A DNA stretch of 64,000 bases from Octopus sinensis (GCF_006345805.1 NC_043020.1:10354001-10418000); one strand, 5' to 3'. Shown: positions 12,641 to 26,452, counted from the stretch's first letter. A program made the numbers and translations. The notes: generated by a model from the letters alone, not told the origin.

Positions 12641-14770
12641 AATACATACTTTCTGTAGAATAGTTATGCTATAAAAAAAATGGAAAGTCACCAATCTATC
12701 AAAAATTGCTGTCCGACACCAATGTAAGAAAGTACAGAAAGTCAACATTTATTTGGAACATGTACTAAATGTTATAAAATACACAATTGAATGACTATCA
12801 TGGCGAAGAAGGTGAAAGTCGAAGAAAATTCAGATGGAGTGGCTGTGTGGTAAGTAGCTTGCTAACCAACCACATGGTTCCGGGTTCAGTCCCACTGTAT
12901 GGCATCTTGGGCAAGGAAAGAAGCCTGTCGTATATATGTATATATATATATATATATTTGAACTAGGGACAGCTGATGAAGGGGATTTTTCCTTGTGTAG
13001 TTTGTCTTGTACTCTGTTTTTCTGTTGTAAAAAAATGGTTTGTTCCATGCTTGTTTTTCCATTTTCGTTTCTCGTTGAGTTCTACGTCTTGTTGTGGTGT
13101 CCTGTACTCACGTATATATATTTATATATGTATTTATATATACATGTAGATGTAGGTACATACATATATGTATGTATGTATGCATATATTTTATTTATTG
13201 CACTATTATATGACAGTGCCCTCGCGTCGATTCAATTTGATTCGTTCGTTTCGTTCCGTTCTTATTCTCCAAGTACTGTTTTATATATATATATATATGT
13301 ACGTGTGTGTGTGTTTGTGTGTCTGTGTTTGTCCCCCTAGCATTGCTTGACAACCGATGCTGGTGTGTTTACATCCCCGTTACTTAGCAGTTCAGCAAAA
13401 GAGACCGATAGAATAAGTACTGAGCTTACAAAGAATAAGTCCCGGGGTCGATTTGCTTGACTAAAGGTGGTGCTCCAGCATGGCCACAGTCAAATGACTG
13501 AAACAAGTAAAAGAGAGTAAAAAGAGTAAGGCATAATTCAATTTTTCATACAAAATTAATTTAAATATTTGAAGAAGCAAGATATTTATGTAGCAAGATA
13601 TAAATGAATTTGTCATTACTACATATTTTTAATTGTGTAATGTTATAGGCTGTAGAATAAATACTAACGCAGTAAAAAGGTTGTGTAATGTTGATACGCA
13701 CAGTGATGAAGAATACAAGAACTGTTGGAAAAGAACATTATCTTGAAACTGGTTAGAAGGAGTGGAATAACATTTCTGTAATTATATTGAAAGAGCTGCT
13801 GAGGCTTTCTACTTCGCCAAGTTTCCGAATTTGTTATAATAACCAGAATATCATATTTTTTTCAGATATATTAATGAGTATTGTTAGTGGTGTTAAATCA
13901 GCCAAATCTTCATGTTGGCAGTACTTCAAAGTATGCTCCTGTTCAATTAAAGTCCAGGTGGCAACTAAAGTTCCAATGTCAGCGTGTTTCACTGTCGGGC
14001 GGGAGAAAGTTACATACATACATAAGCTAAAACACACATACACATATACATTAACGCACACCTGAAGTCTATCTCTGTCCCTGTGTGTGTCGGTCATCAC
14101 AAAAATGTATGTATACTGACAGATACATACACCATCACACACATACTTGTCGGTCATCAGCCTAATGTAGGTAACGAATGCATGAACACACTCATATAGA
14201 AAATGTGACGTCATTGTCATTATGGTGGTGATATAAAATGTCATTTGTAATAGGTGACTAAAAGAAAATGACAATGTTAAATTTTTATAATGCAAATATG
14301 TGAACAAAAATATGGTTTCGCTGGTAGCCAAAACCTTACTGAATCTTTTGATACCCCATGTGTCAAAATCAACAACTCAGTTTCGGAATGCATAAGGAAC
14401 ATATGCATGCACACACACACACACACAAACTCTCTTTTATATATATATATATATATATATATCACTGTGATCACCGTGACCGATCAGGCTATCAGATGTT
14501 GCTACACATCGCTGGTCACAATGCGCTTCGCTTTGTTTTAGACTTCAAATGACGCCACCCTGCTGGCTATGCGAGCAGGCCAACAGAAGAAAGAGTGAGA
14601 GAAAGTTGTGGTGAAAGAGTACAGCAGGGATTGCCACCACCTCCTGCTGGAGCCTCGTGGAGCTTTAGGTGTCTTCGCTCAATAAACAATCACAACAACC
14701 AGTCTGGGAATCGAAACCGCGATCCTACAACCGTGAGTCCGCTGCCCTAACCACTGGGCCATTGCGGCCT

Positions 14771-14806
<36 letters not shown>

Positions 14807-14811
<5 letters not shown>

Positions 14812-15491
14812 TTTATTATATAGAAGGAGCTTCTACAGGACTAGAACTGTTTCATTCAAGAGAAATCTTCAGGAAGCTAGTTAACAAGAATTGTATTGGC
14901 ATTTATACATTTAGGCAGGTTTAAAGGGATGTTGGTGGGGGACTTTTTGGGGGTAGGCATAGCGCAAAATATCATACTTGGGGGAGTGGTCAAGGAGTCA
15001 GTGTTAAATTAGATAGAAGAATAAATAAAAAAATAAAAAAATATATAAAAAAATATATAAAAATATATATAAAAAAAAAGGGAATAGAGTTTTAGGTAAC
15101 TAAGGAGATTCTCACTTATACCTATGCACATATGTATACATATATACACACACATACAAACATTATACATATACATACACACATACTACACACACACATA
15201 TATACATATATATACACTTACACATACATATACATATCTACACATACACATATACATACATATACATACACACACTCACATGCATACACGTATACACACA
15301 TGTATATATACACATACGACCACACATACATATACACACAGAAAAATATATATACACATACACACACATACTCACATACACGCATACACACACATATGCA
15401 CACACACATATGCACACACAGCAGCACACTAGTCCCTATATACACATATATACACATACACACACATATACACACACATACATATACATAC

Positions 15492-15523
<32 letters not shown>

Positions 15524-15679
15524 ATATATATATACATATGTGTACATATGCATACCTACACATACACACATATATATACACATACAAATACAGACCCATT
15601 CCCTAATTTTAATTTTATTATCTTCATTTATTACTTTTGACAAGTAATAGTGTGTATATATGTGTGTATATATGTATAT

Positions 15680-15724
<45 letters not shown>

Positions 15725-16854
15725 AATTTTATATGTATGTATCCGTCTATATAATAGGTAACTGCACGTACATATACTTAATATTTATTATTTATTTTTT
15801 GAGTATGCATACTGCGCGTATATATATTTTACTATTTACTTATTTTTTGAGTATGCATGTAAGTATGAATATAAGGAGGCACGTGTGTGTGTGTGTATGT
15901 GTAAGCATAGATATATGTATACTTTTACGCATGTGTGTACTTATGTGTATATATGGATGCGCGTGGTGTGTGTGTGTGTGTGTATGGGTACGCATGTACA
16001 TGTTGTATGTGCGTGTATGTGTATATGAGTATGTATGTATGTGTGTGCGTATATTTGTATATGTATGTATTGTATATGTATGTGTGTGTATGTATATATA
16101 TAGATATGTGTGTGTATGTGTATGTATGTATATGTATATGCGTATGTGTATGTATTTGTATGTGTATGCATGCGCGTATATATATGTACGTATATGTATA
16201 CGTGTGGGTGTGTGTATGTGTATAAATGTATGTATTATGGATGTATGGATGTATGTATGTATGTATACGTATGTATGTGTATGTGTGTATATGTATGATG
16301 TAGTATGTGTGTGTATATGTATATATGTATATATGTATATGTGTATATGATGTATATGTATATATATATATATATATATGGATATATTATGTATGTATAT
16401 ATATGTGGATATGTATGTATATGTATATTATATATACATGTATGTATTGTATGTAGGTGTATATGTATGTGTGTGTATTTATATTTATTGGTGTATATGT
16501 ATAGACTAGCCTTCTAAGAGTGTAGACATGAATCTGTAGGTACGCGTACGTATGTGTATATACGTGAATGTATGTAGATGTATGTATGTATGAATATAAC
16601 GCGTGCGTGCGTGTATGTGTATGAGTGTGCGAATGAGTGAGTGTACGTGCTAAAGAGTGTGCGTGAGTAAATGAGTGCTTGTTTTCCAGTAGACAGATAA
16701 ATGGACTGGCTGTCATAGCCAAGATGTTTGTGACCAGCGATCAAAGATACCAAAGTAATAAATGAAGATAATAAAATTAAAATTAGGGAATGGGTCTGTA
16801 TTTGTATGTGTATATATATGTGTGTATGTGTAGGTATGCATAGGTACACATATG

Positions 16855-16911
<57 letters not shown>

Positions 16912-17597
16912 TTATGTATGTATATGTATGTGTGTGTATATGTGTGTGTATGTGTATATATGTGTATATAGGGACTAGTGTGCTGAGTGTGTGTGCATAT
17001 GTGTGTGTGCATATTGTGTGTATGCGTGTATGTGAGTATGTGTGTGTATGTGTATATATATTTTTCTGTGTGTATATGTATGTGTGGTCGTGTGTGTATA
17101 TATACATGTGTGTATACGTGTATGCATGTGAGTGTGTGTTATGTATATGTAGTATATGTGTATGTGTAGATATGTATATGTATGTGTAAGTGTATATATA
17201 TGTATATATGTGTGGTGTACGTATGTGTGTATGTATATGTATATTGTTTGTATGTGTGTGTATATATGTATACATATGTGCATAGGTATAAGTGAGAATC
17301 TCCTTAGTTACCTAAAACTCTATTCCCTTTTTTTATATATTATTTTTATATTTTTTTATATATTTTTTTATTTTTTTATTTATTCTTCTATCTAATTTAA
17401 CACTGACTCTTGACCACTCCCCCAAGTATGATATTTTGCGCTATGCCTACCCCAAAAAGTCCCCCACCAACATCCTTTAAACCTGCCTAAATGTATAAAT
17501 GCCAATACAATTCTTGTTAAACTAGCTTCCTGAAGATTTCTCTTGAATGGAAAACAGTTCTAGTCCTGTAGAAGCTCCTTCTATATAATAAATTAAT
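14807..17597. repeat. Long inverted repeat, arms 14807-15637 and 16752-17597
   Basis: Unique segment TAGAAGGAGCTTCTACAGGACTAG...GGAGTGGTCAAG is present reverse-complemented in the right arm. Confidence 0.92.
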
Positions 17598-18249
17598 TTT
17601 ACTCTACTATGTATTGAGTACCTTATTTACTGTGGTTAACCCCGAATCAACCGGGACCTACATATATATATATATATATATATAATATATATATATATAT
17701 ACACATATATATAGGCAAATGGAAAATTAAAACAAAAACAACAAAATTCAAAAGCACACACACAGTCATTATATTAGGTTTATGCTCAGTTTAAATTGGA
17801 AAAAAAGTGGTGTGACGTTTTGAGCATGGTTCTTCATCAGAAAGTGGAAAATGGAAAGGTCAAGATAGAAGGAAAAAAATAGACCAAGAAAACTACATGT
17901 GTGGTTATGTGGCTGAAGTGACCTGAAGTGGAAACAGAAAGATGTGTACATGTACACATATGCATATACACGCACTGACACATTCATACATTGTGAGACA
18001 TTCATTTAGTTGCATAGGTACACAGCTACATGCCAATATACAACTTGGCATATATATATACATACATACATAAAAATTTACATGTGAACAGGTTTATCCT
18101 GTTTCTTGAATTATGTCAGCAGGTCACCTATGAGGCTTTAGGAGAAATCAGAGTGTTTGCATTCACAACATGCTTATTAGTCATTCTATATAATTCAATG
18201 GAAAAGAGCTCAGCTTTACTGTTCTATAAAGTTGGGTTAGAATGACCCA

Positions 18250-19040
18250 ACAATACATAGATTTAAAAATAATAATAATAATAATGAAATTATTGTATAC
18301 AGTGCTCAGGTGCACCACAACTTGTCAAAAAGTGTGTATAAAGTATAAGCAGTAATGTACAAATGTCTGGAAAGCGAACAGTGTATGAGTCAGATACATG
18401 CCTGCGTGTGTATGGAGGGGAGAAAATCAGGTGTAGTGTTGGCGAATCTCAGGAAGCATGGAAGTTTTGAAGGATGCAGTGCTCCGACAACTAACGACTG
18501 ATGCTGGCAGTTTGTTCCATACTTCAGCGTGTGTATTGAGGGGAGAAAATCAGGTGTAGTGTTGGTGAATCTCAAGAAGCATGGAAGTTTTGAAGGATGC
18601 AGTGCTCTGACAACTAACAACTGATGCCAGCAGTTTGTTCCATGCCTCAGTGTGTGTATGGAGGGGAGAAAATCAGGTGTAGTGTTGGTGAATCTCAGGA
18701 AGCATGGAGGTTTTGAAGGATGCAGTGCTCCGACAACTAACGACTGATGCTGGCAGTTTGTTCCATACTTCAGCAACTCTCAGCGTGAAGAAATGTTTCC
18801 TAAAGTCATGGGAGCTATGCTGTTTTCTGACTTTGTAAACATGTCCACGGGTGTTAGACAGGTGGAGTTTGAAAAGGTGCTCAGAGTTATTGTTTATAAG
18901 ATGGTTAATAATTTTATGGGTGTCTGCCAAGTCAGCTGCCACCAATATCACATTGACATAATGTGGGTGGGTCTTTTTTGTTGTATTTGTTTGCAGATTC
19001 AAATTGCTTCATGTTTAACAAGTTTACTTCCCACCTACAT
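18250..19040 (-). mobile_element. CR1-clade LINE 3' end with a 123-bp segment present 3 times
   Basis: TRGHVYKV...RKHFFTLRVAEVWNKLP motif, (TAA)n tail; AGAAAATCAGGTG at 18421, 18544 and 18667; sibling copy at 32240-32690 (+). Confidence 0.85.
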
Positions 19041-19199
19041 AGTTTTAAATTGAGTCCTACTACATAGCACCTTGGGCAAGTCTCTTCTACTATAGCCCCA
19101 TGCTAACCAAAGCATTATGAGTGGATTTGGCAACTGAAACTGATAAAAGCCCACCATACCCTTCTGTCAGAGTCAGACGCCATGATAGATCGTTAACCA

Positions 19200-19370
19200 C
19201 TACACACATTTTTTTCTCTCCTTGTTTTTTCTGTGTCCCTTTCTGTAGAAGAGCGTAGGCTCGAAACGTAAAAGACTTTTTCTATTCCTGAGCGTTATAC
19301 TAATACATCTGTTTGTTTTGTACACAACCTGTCTTCGTCTTTTGTTTTTTTCGTAAACTCTCCCTATACA
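19200..19370 (+). mobile_element. Penelope-like pseudo-LTR-type repeat containing a hammerhead-like motif
   Basis: Near-identical copies at 24560-24722 (+) and 58442-58600 (-); the PLE assignment is inferred from the motif only. Confidence 0.5.
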
Positions 19371-19559
19371 TATATATATATATATTCCACGTCCTCGCGT
19401 TGCTGTGTTTTTTCTGTATTTTCTTGTTTGGATTAACTATATATATATGCATGCATGTATGCATCAAACACTCACACACACACACATAATATGCAAGGTG
19501 CATAAGGTATTTGAGGACATATCTTTTTGTGTCATTGCTGCATTTTTTGATAACTTTGT

Positions 19560-20260
19560 ATAATCTTTGTTTCAGAAAATAATAATGGCTGAGCATAGCG
19601 ATTTAGAAATATTTCGATTTTTAAAAATTGCCAGAGCTTTCATCTACAAAGTTTGTAAGGATCTAGAGACTAACTATGGAAACACATCACCAGTATCAAA
19701 GCATAAAAAGCATTCTAAATGCTCTGAAATCATCAGAACACTTGAATTTATCCAGCAAGTTCAACAGACCATTGATTATAATCCCAGAAAGTCCATGAGG
19801 TTAATTGCAAAAGATCTCCATGTGTCAGAAGGAACAGTCAGAAATGTTGTCCATGAAGACATCAGAGATAAGTCTTCTATGATGAGGAATGGTCAATTTG
19901 TCAGAAAAAGCAAACGAAAATCACTACATCAGATTTAAAAGGCTCTTAAACGAACTGAAAAATCCAGCAGAAGAAGATTTAATTTGGTTTTTCTCAAACG
20001 AGAACAACTTTGACCAAGATCGAAAAGTTAACCGAAGAAATGACAGATGATTATGAGCAGACCCTTCTTAAGTTGAAAGTGTTATGCATACAAAATTTCC
20101 AGCAACTGTCATGATTTTAAGGGTTGTCAGCAATGAAGGACATGTGATGCCACCTTACTTCTTTCCACAAGGCCTTTGAGTTAACTCTGCTACCTACATT
20201 GAGGTCCTGAAAATAATATAATTGTTAAGCCCTGGATAGACTGTGTATGCAATGGAAGGC
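19560..20260 (+). mobile_element. Degenerate Tc1-family transposase fragment
   Basis: HTH-like NPRKSMRLIAKDLHVSEGTVRNVV, followed by frameshifted catalytic-domain remnants. Confidence 0.75.
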
Positions 20261-20744
20261 CATATGTGTTTCAGTAAGACTCTGCACTAAGCTGAAGGTG
20301 TCTTTATTGAATAACATTATAGAAAAATGGTTTATATTAATCCTCATAGCAGTTTTTGATAAATATAGCTATTATCTGTTATATATCTGTGTTTTTACAA
20401 ACATAAATCTGTCCTTAAATGTCTTATGCACCCTGTATATATGTATGTGTGTGTGTATGCCTGTATCTCCTTGTCTTGATATTACATTATGGTTGTGAGT
20501 GTCCTATCATACAAGCAGTATCCTTCATTTCCAATATTCTATGAAACAATGTCTGGCCGTAGAAAATATGCCTTAGTAGCAACTCTGTCCAACTCTTGTG
20601 TGCATGGAAAAGTGGATACTAAGACAATGATGATAGGGTGGGAGTTAGAGAGATTTCACCTTCTATTTCTTGTAGATAAAATGATCAATTAGAGGCTACC
20701 TCAACAATCTTTCTTTGCTCTGTATGTTTCTACTCTTCTCCTCT

Positions 20745-21332
20745 GAAAGCCAAGTTTCTGATTACAAATATCTTGGGTCATACATATCATTATCTGGAAA
20801 AGATTTTCTAACTAGAAAGGGTATGGCCTGGTCAGCCTGTAATGACATGCATAAGATCTGGTCATCATATCTAAGTAGAGACTTCAAATTTGAAATCTTC
20901 AAAGCCACAGTTGAACCTATTCTACTATATGGCTCAGAAACCTGGATGTTATCAAAGAAGCTTGCAAGGCGGTTGGATGGAACCTACACTCGCCTCCTTA
21001 TGAGAGCTCAAAATCTCTCGTGGAAGCGTCATCCAACCAAAATGTAAATACATGGGAAACTACCACCTGTGTCATCTCTTGTGAAGGGTAAGAGAGTCCA
21101 GTTTGCTGGACATTGTTGTAGAGCTGAAAACGAGGCAATTTCTACTCTTCTCCTCTGGAAGCCATCTACTCGCAATACCAGAGGGCGCACATTCTCCTAC
21201 CCTGATGTAATCTCCAGGGATACAGGCATCCAGCAACAGGACCTCCGTAATGCAATGATGGACCGTGAAGTCTGGCGTAACATAGTAAATTCCATTGTCT
21301 CGACCACGGTTGAACAATGATGAAGATGATGT
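20745..21332 (+). mobile_element. RTE-clade LINE, 5'-truncated RT C-terminus and 3' end
   Basis: YKYLGS, FKATVEPILLYGSETW, FAGHCCR and MDREVWR motifs; in-frame stop; GAT-rich tail. Confidence 0.88.
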
Positions 21333-21429
21333 ATGTTTTGCAGGATTTCTGAAGAGGAGTCCAATGGATCTCCACTTAAGAAACACTGATTTAGCTATTA
21401 TAGCTTATTACTATTACTCTTTTATTTAT

Positions 21430-21691
21430 ACAACATCTAAGTTTAATTTGTCAAAATATTTTCGTCGTTTTAAGACTGCGACCTGTTCACTGACAAAAAT
21501 CCGTGCTGCAGTGAACAGGTCGCGGCCTTAAAGCGACGAAAATATTTTGACAAATTAAACTTAAATGTTGAAGTGAATCGAACAGCTTTTGTGTGTTTCT
21601 TAAATGGCTTACAAACACCTTCCACGCTGCAATTGTTTTCGTTTCAGCACACGATCTCAGATCAAATCACTTGCTGTGCAAGTACATCTCC
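21430..21691. repeat. Truncated copy of the palindromic element seen at 29011
   Basis: Same hairpin centre, loop and 3' tail. Confidence 0.85.
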
Positions 21692-21848
21692 GTAATTTTA
21701 TTTATTCATTTATTTAAAATTCTAAGGCTTCTGTTGATCAGGACTCACCATTTCATGTATTGGCACCATTAATGGAGAAGCTTGGGAAAGGTTTATTTTA
21801 TGGAAAACTAGTAATTATACATCAATGCAAATTTCCTCTCTCCATACC

Positions 21849-22770
21849 TATTTCTTTACTACCCACAAGGGGCTAAACACAGAGAGGACAAACAAGGACA
21901 GACAAACGGATCGACCCCGAAAGGATGAAAGGCAAAGTCGACCTCGGCGGAATTTGAACTCAGAACGTAACAGCAGACGAAATACCTATTTCTTTACTAC
22001 CCACGAGGGGCTAAACACAGAGCGGACAAACAAGGATAGACAAAAGGATCGACCCAGAAAGGATGAAAGGCAAAGTCGACCTCGGCGGAATTTGAACTCA
22101 GAACGTAACAGCAGACGAAATACCTATTTCTTTACTACCCACGAGGGGCTAAACACAGAGCGGACAAACAAGGACAGACAAACGGATCGACCCCGAAAGG
22201 ATGAAAGGCAAAGTGACCTCGGCGGAATTTGAACTCAGAACGTAACAGCAGACGAAATACCTATTTCTTTACTACCACGAGGGGCTAAACACAGAGCGGA
22301 CAAACAAGGATAGACAAAAGGATCGACCCAGAAAGGATGAAAGGCAAAGTCGACCTCGGCGGAATTTGAACTCAGAACGTAACAGCAGACGAAATACCTA
22401 TTTCTTTACTACCCACGAGGGGCTAAACACAGAGCGGACAAACAAGGATAGACAAAAGGATCGACCCAGAAAGGATGAAAGGCAAAGTCGACCTCGGCGG
22501 AATTTGAACTCAGAACGTAACAGCAGACGAAATACCTATTTCTTTACTGCCCACAAGGGGCTAAACACAGAGGGGACAAACAAGGACAGACAAACGGATC
22601 AAGTCGATTATATCGACCCCAGTAGGTAACTGGTACTTAATTTATCGACCCCGAAAGGATGAAAGGCAAAGTGGACATCGGCAGAATTTGAACTCAGAAC
22701 GTAACGGCAGACGAAATACGGCTACGCATTTCACTTAGCATGCTAACGTTTCTGCCAGCTCACCGCCTCT
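21849..22770 (-). mobile_element. Concatemer of five internally deleted ~138-bp SINE-B units plus one complete copy
   Basis: TATTTCTTTACT at 21849, 21987, 22125, 22262, 22399 and 22537. Confidence 0.9.
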
Positions 22771-23474
22771 CTCCATACCATTAACAGAAAGACAAGGCAC
22801 AATCCAATAAAGATTGGCATCCGTTTTGTTGCAGAATATAAAGATGTCTTGCAAACAACTTGCACATGCAAGTGCTACCAGTTAAAAGCTCCGTATACCG
22901 GAAGCTAGCAAGTGTTTGGGGTCATCAGGAGAGAATGCGAGCCGTTTCAGGGCCTACCTCTCAACGGCATCAATGCGCACCGGCCCCTCCCCCTCACTGA
23001 TATGAGGCCCCGCTTGCTAGATCAGCTGGTTATGAAGTTAAACTCAATATACTTCTAGCCATCGCTCATCGTCTCTTTTTAGCCAAATCCAGTGGCTAGC
23101 CTTCTCCACTGTAGATTGGATATCAGTCATGGTGGTATTGACTTTACGATGAGTTAGGCCTAGCGATAACAACAGTCGTCTCACGCTGGCTTTGTCCAAC
23201 AAACCCTCTACATCCGACTTCGATAGGAAAATGTTCTGCTTTCCAGCCTGCATCTTCACATTTCTCGAGGAGGTTTTCATAACGGTTCAATTTTTGAGCC
23301 TGAGCAAACTCTCTAAATCATGATGTCTGACACTCATACAGTTCTGCCAATCTAGCACCTTGAACTGGTACCTTGTTTTTAATTGCAGTATTTGATCGCA
23401 TAGCACTACATATTCTATCTTTTTGCTGATGGCTCTGAAAATTTGAAATTATTTATTTATTTATCCATTTCCAG

Positions 23475-23548
23475 AGAGATGTTCTGAATCTTCTGTTAAT
23501 AGTTGCTGCCATGAAATCTCCCAGAGAACACCACCAAAAATTTGCAAG
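23475..23548 (+). CDS. TTC38: TTC38 penultimate exon (RDVLNLLLIVAAMKSPREHHQKFA+AG)
   Basis: TTCCAG acceptor, GTAATT donor; completes GGSNAQ|RDV and corresponds to RDVFNQLLIHAA. Confidence 0.92.
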
Positions 23549-24744
23549 GTAATTATTGTTCTAAATTATATTTGTGATTACAGGTAGACAGACAGACAGA
23601 CAGACAACTATATAGCTTGAAAATTATGTATGTATGTATGTATGTATGTATGTATGTATGTATGTATGTATGTATGTATGTATGTGTGTGTATGTATGTA
23701 TGTATGTTTGTGTGTATGTGTGTGTGTGTGTGTGTATGTATGTGTGTATGTATGTATGTATGTATGTATGTATGCATGCATGTGTGTGTGTATGTATGTA
23801 TGTACATGCATGTATGTATGTATGTATGTATGTATGTATGTATGTGCATGCGTGCATATGTATATATGTATATAAGTATGTATGTCATCATTCAGTTTTC
23901 TTTCAAGGTTTTTTGCCAATAGAGGAAGAACCGGTTTCTAACCTAGATCCAAGGCTCCTTCATTAGACTTTCAACAACATACACAGGGTATTTTTGTACA
24001 TATGTATATGTGTAAATTTGTATGTTTTGTTTTATGTATGTATTCTCATGCATATAGTTGCACATCCAGACATCATCATCATCATCGTTTAGCGTCCGTT
24101 TTCCATGCTAGCATGGGTTGGACGGTTCAACTGGGGTCTGTGAAGCCGGAAGGCTTCATCAGGCCTAGTCAGATCTGGCAGTGTTTCTACGACTGGATGC
24201 CCTTCCTAACGCCAACCACTCCGTGAGTGTAGTGGGTGCTTTAAACGTGCCACCCGCACAGGTGCTAGACAGAGCTGGCAAATGGCCACGGACGGAAGGT
24301 GCTTTTTATGTGCCACCGGCACAGGGGCCAGGCGAGGCTGGCAACGGACACGAACGGATGGTGCTTTTTACGTGCCACTGGCAAAACTTCTGGAAAGTTT
24401 TACAGATTGTGTTCAACGTTTTTTTCCATGTCCTGTGCCCATATATATATATATAAATATATATATATATACGCATGTATATAATATACATATATATGTA
24501 GGTATGTACATATATGTGTGTATATATGCATATATCTATATATTATATATATATATATTTTTTTTTTCTCTCTCCTTGTTTTTTCTGTGTCCCTTTCTGT
24601 AGAAGAGCGTAGGCTCGAAATGTAAAAGACTTTTTCTATTCCTGAGCATTATACTAATACATCTGTTTGTTTTGTACACCACCTGTCTTTGTCTTTTGTT
24701 TTTTTTTGTAAACTCTCCCTATATATATATATATATATATAATG

Positions 24745-24787
<43 letters not shown>

Positions 24788-24832
24788 GTGTATATATATA
24801 TATATACATTTCTGTTATTGACACTTTTTCAG

Positions 24833-24923
24833 GTATCTTCTGAATGAAAGAAAAGCAATGAGGAAAAATTCCCCACTTACAGACCGACTAATATTGAGAT
24901 CAAGTGTGAAGACGACCAACTAA
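24833..24923 (+). CDS. TTC38: TTC38 last coding exon (YLLNERKAMRKNSPLTDRLILRSSVKTTN*)
   Basis: TTTTCAG acceptor, phase 2 matches; corresponds to SLLMERDALKPNSPLTERL; TAA at 24921-24923. Confidence 0.93.
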
Positions 24924-25034
24924 TATTGAAGTTTAGGTAGTCTATTCAAAAAGATTATTTCTGTATACTGCCAAGTCTTAAAGAGAAAATTGTCATTTGG
25001 GACTTTGGTTTACTCTAAAACATGCAAGGTTTTC

Positions 25035-25040
25035 AATAAA
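25035..25040 (+). promoter_or_regulatory. Candidate polyadenylation signal of TTC38
   Basis: First AATAAA seen, about 110 nt after the stop codon. Confidence 0.4.
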
Positions 25041-25054
25041 AATGATACATTTAA

Positions 25055-25101
<47 letters not shown>

Positions 25102-25105
25102 GTAA

Positions 25106-25149
<44 letters not shown>

Positions 25150-25311
25150 ATACACTCTCGGAGTAGCTGGCGTTAGGAAGGGCATCCAGCTGTAGAAACT
25201 CTGCCAGATCAAGATTGGGGCCTGGTACAGCCATCTGGTTTGCCAGCCCTCGGTCAAAATCGTCCAACCCATTCTAGCACGGAAAGTGGATATTTAACGA
25301 CGACGATGACG

Positions 25312-25342
<31 letters not shown>

Positions 25343-25797
25343 GTAGTAGTAGTAGTAGTAGTAGCAGCAGTAGTAGTAGTAGTAGTAGTATACTGGACAA
25401 AATGCTTAGCAGTATTTCATCTGACTTTACATTCTGAGTTCAAATTCCAGCAAGGTTGATATTGCCTTTCATCAATTTGGGGTTGATGAAATAAGTACCA
25501 TTTGAGCACTGGGATCAGTGAAATCAATTAGCCCCATCACCCCAAGGCTTGCCAAAATCTCAGGCCTTGTGCGTATAGTAGAAAGAATTATTATCATTAT
25601 TAGTAGACCCATATCATCAAAAAATGCCAACAGTTTTATCAATGATAGAAAACGACACATCAAAACAATGAAAGAAATTGTTGATAAATGTCAGCAATTG
25701 AGTATGTATATATACAGAATTGAATATGTATATATACAGAATTGAAGCACTTGAATCAAATACAGTTGTAACATGATTGAAAATCTCAGCTACACTA

Positions 25798-25841
<44 letters not shown>

Positions 25842-26311
25842 CATATATATACATATATATATATACATATATATATATACATATATATATATGAGTGGCT
25901 GTGTGGTAAGTAGCTTGCTAACCAACCACATGGTTCCGGGTTCAATCCCACTGCGTGGTATCTTGGGCAAGTGTCTTCTGCTATAGCCCCGGGCCGACCA
26001 ATGCCTTGTGAGTGGATTTGGTAGACGGAAACTGAAAGAAGCCTGTCGTATATATGTATATATATATGTATGTGTGTGTGTTTGTGTGTCTGTGTTTGTT
26101 CCCCTAGCATTGCTTGACAACCGATGCTGGTGTGTTTACGTCCCCGTCACTTAGCGGTTCGGCAAAAAGAGACCGATAGAATAAGTACTGGGCTTACAAA
26201 AAGAATAAGTCCCGGGGTCGAGTTGCTCGACTAAAGGCGGTGCTCCAGCATGGCCGCAGTCAAATGACTGAAACAAGTAAAAGAGAAAAGAGAAAAAGAT
26301 ATATATATATA

Positions 26312-26385
<74 letters not shown>

Positions 26386-26452
26386 ATATATAGATAGATA
26401 GATAGATAGATAGATATACATTACAGATATAGGGTGAATAACTGTAAATATT

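Noticed and set aside
12960-13260. CTGATGA motif in a repeat shared with 61650-61970
   Set aside because: No GAAA after a stem II and no helix III, so not a credible hammerhead
15124-17283. Many His/Thr/Tyr or Val/Cys/Met ORFs (also near 23600, 37100, 40600, 54600 and 61200)
   Set aside because: Translations of (CA)n, (TA)n and (TACA)n microsatellites
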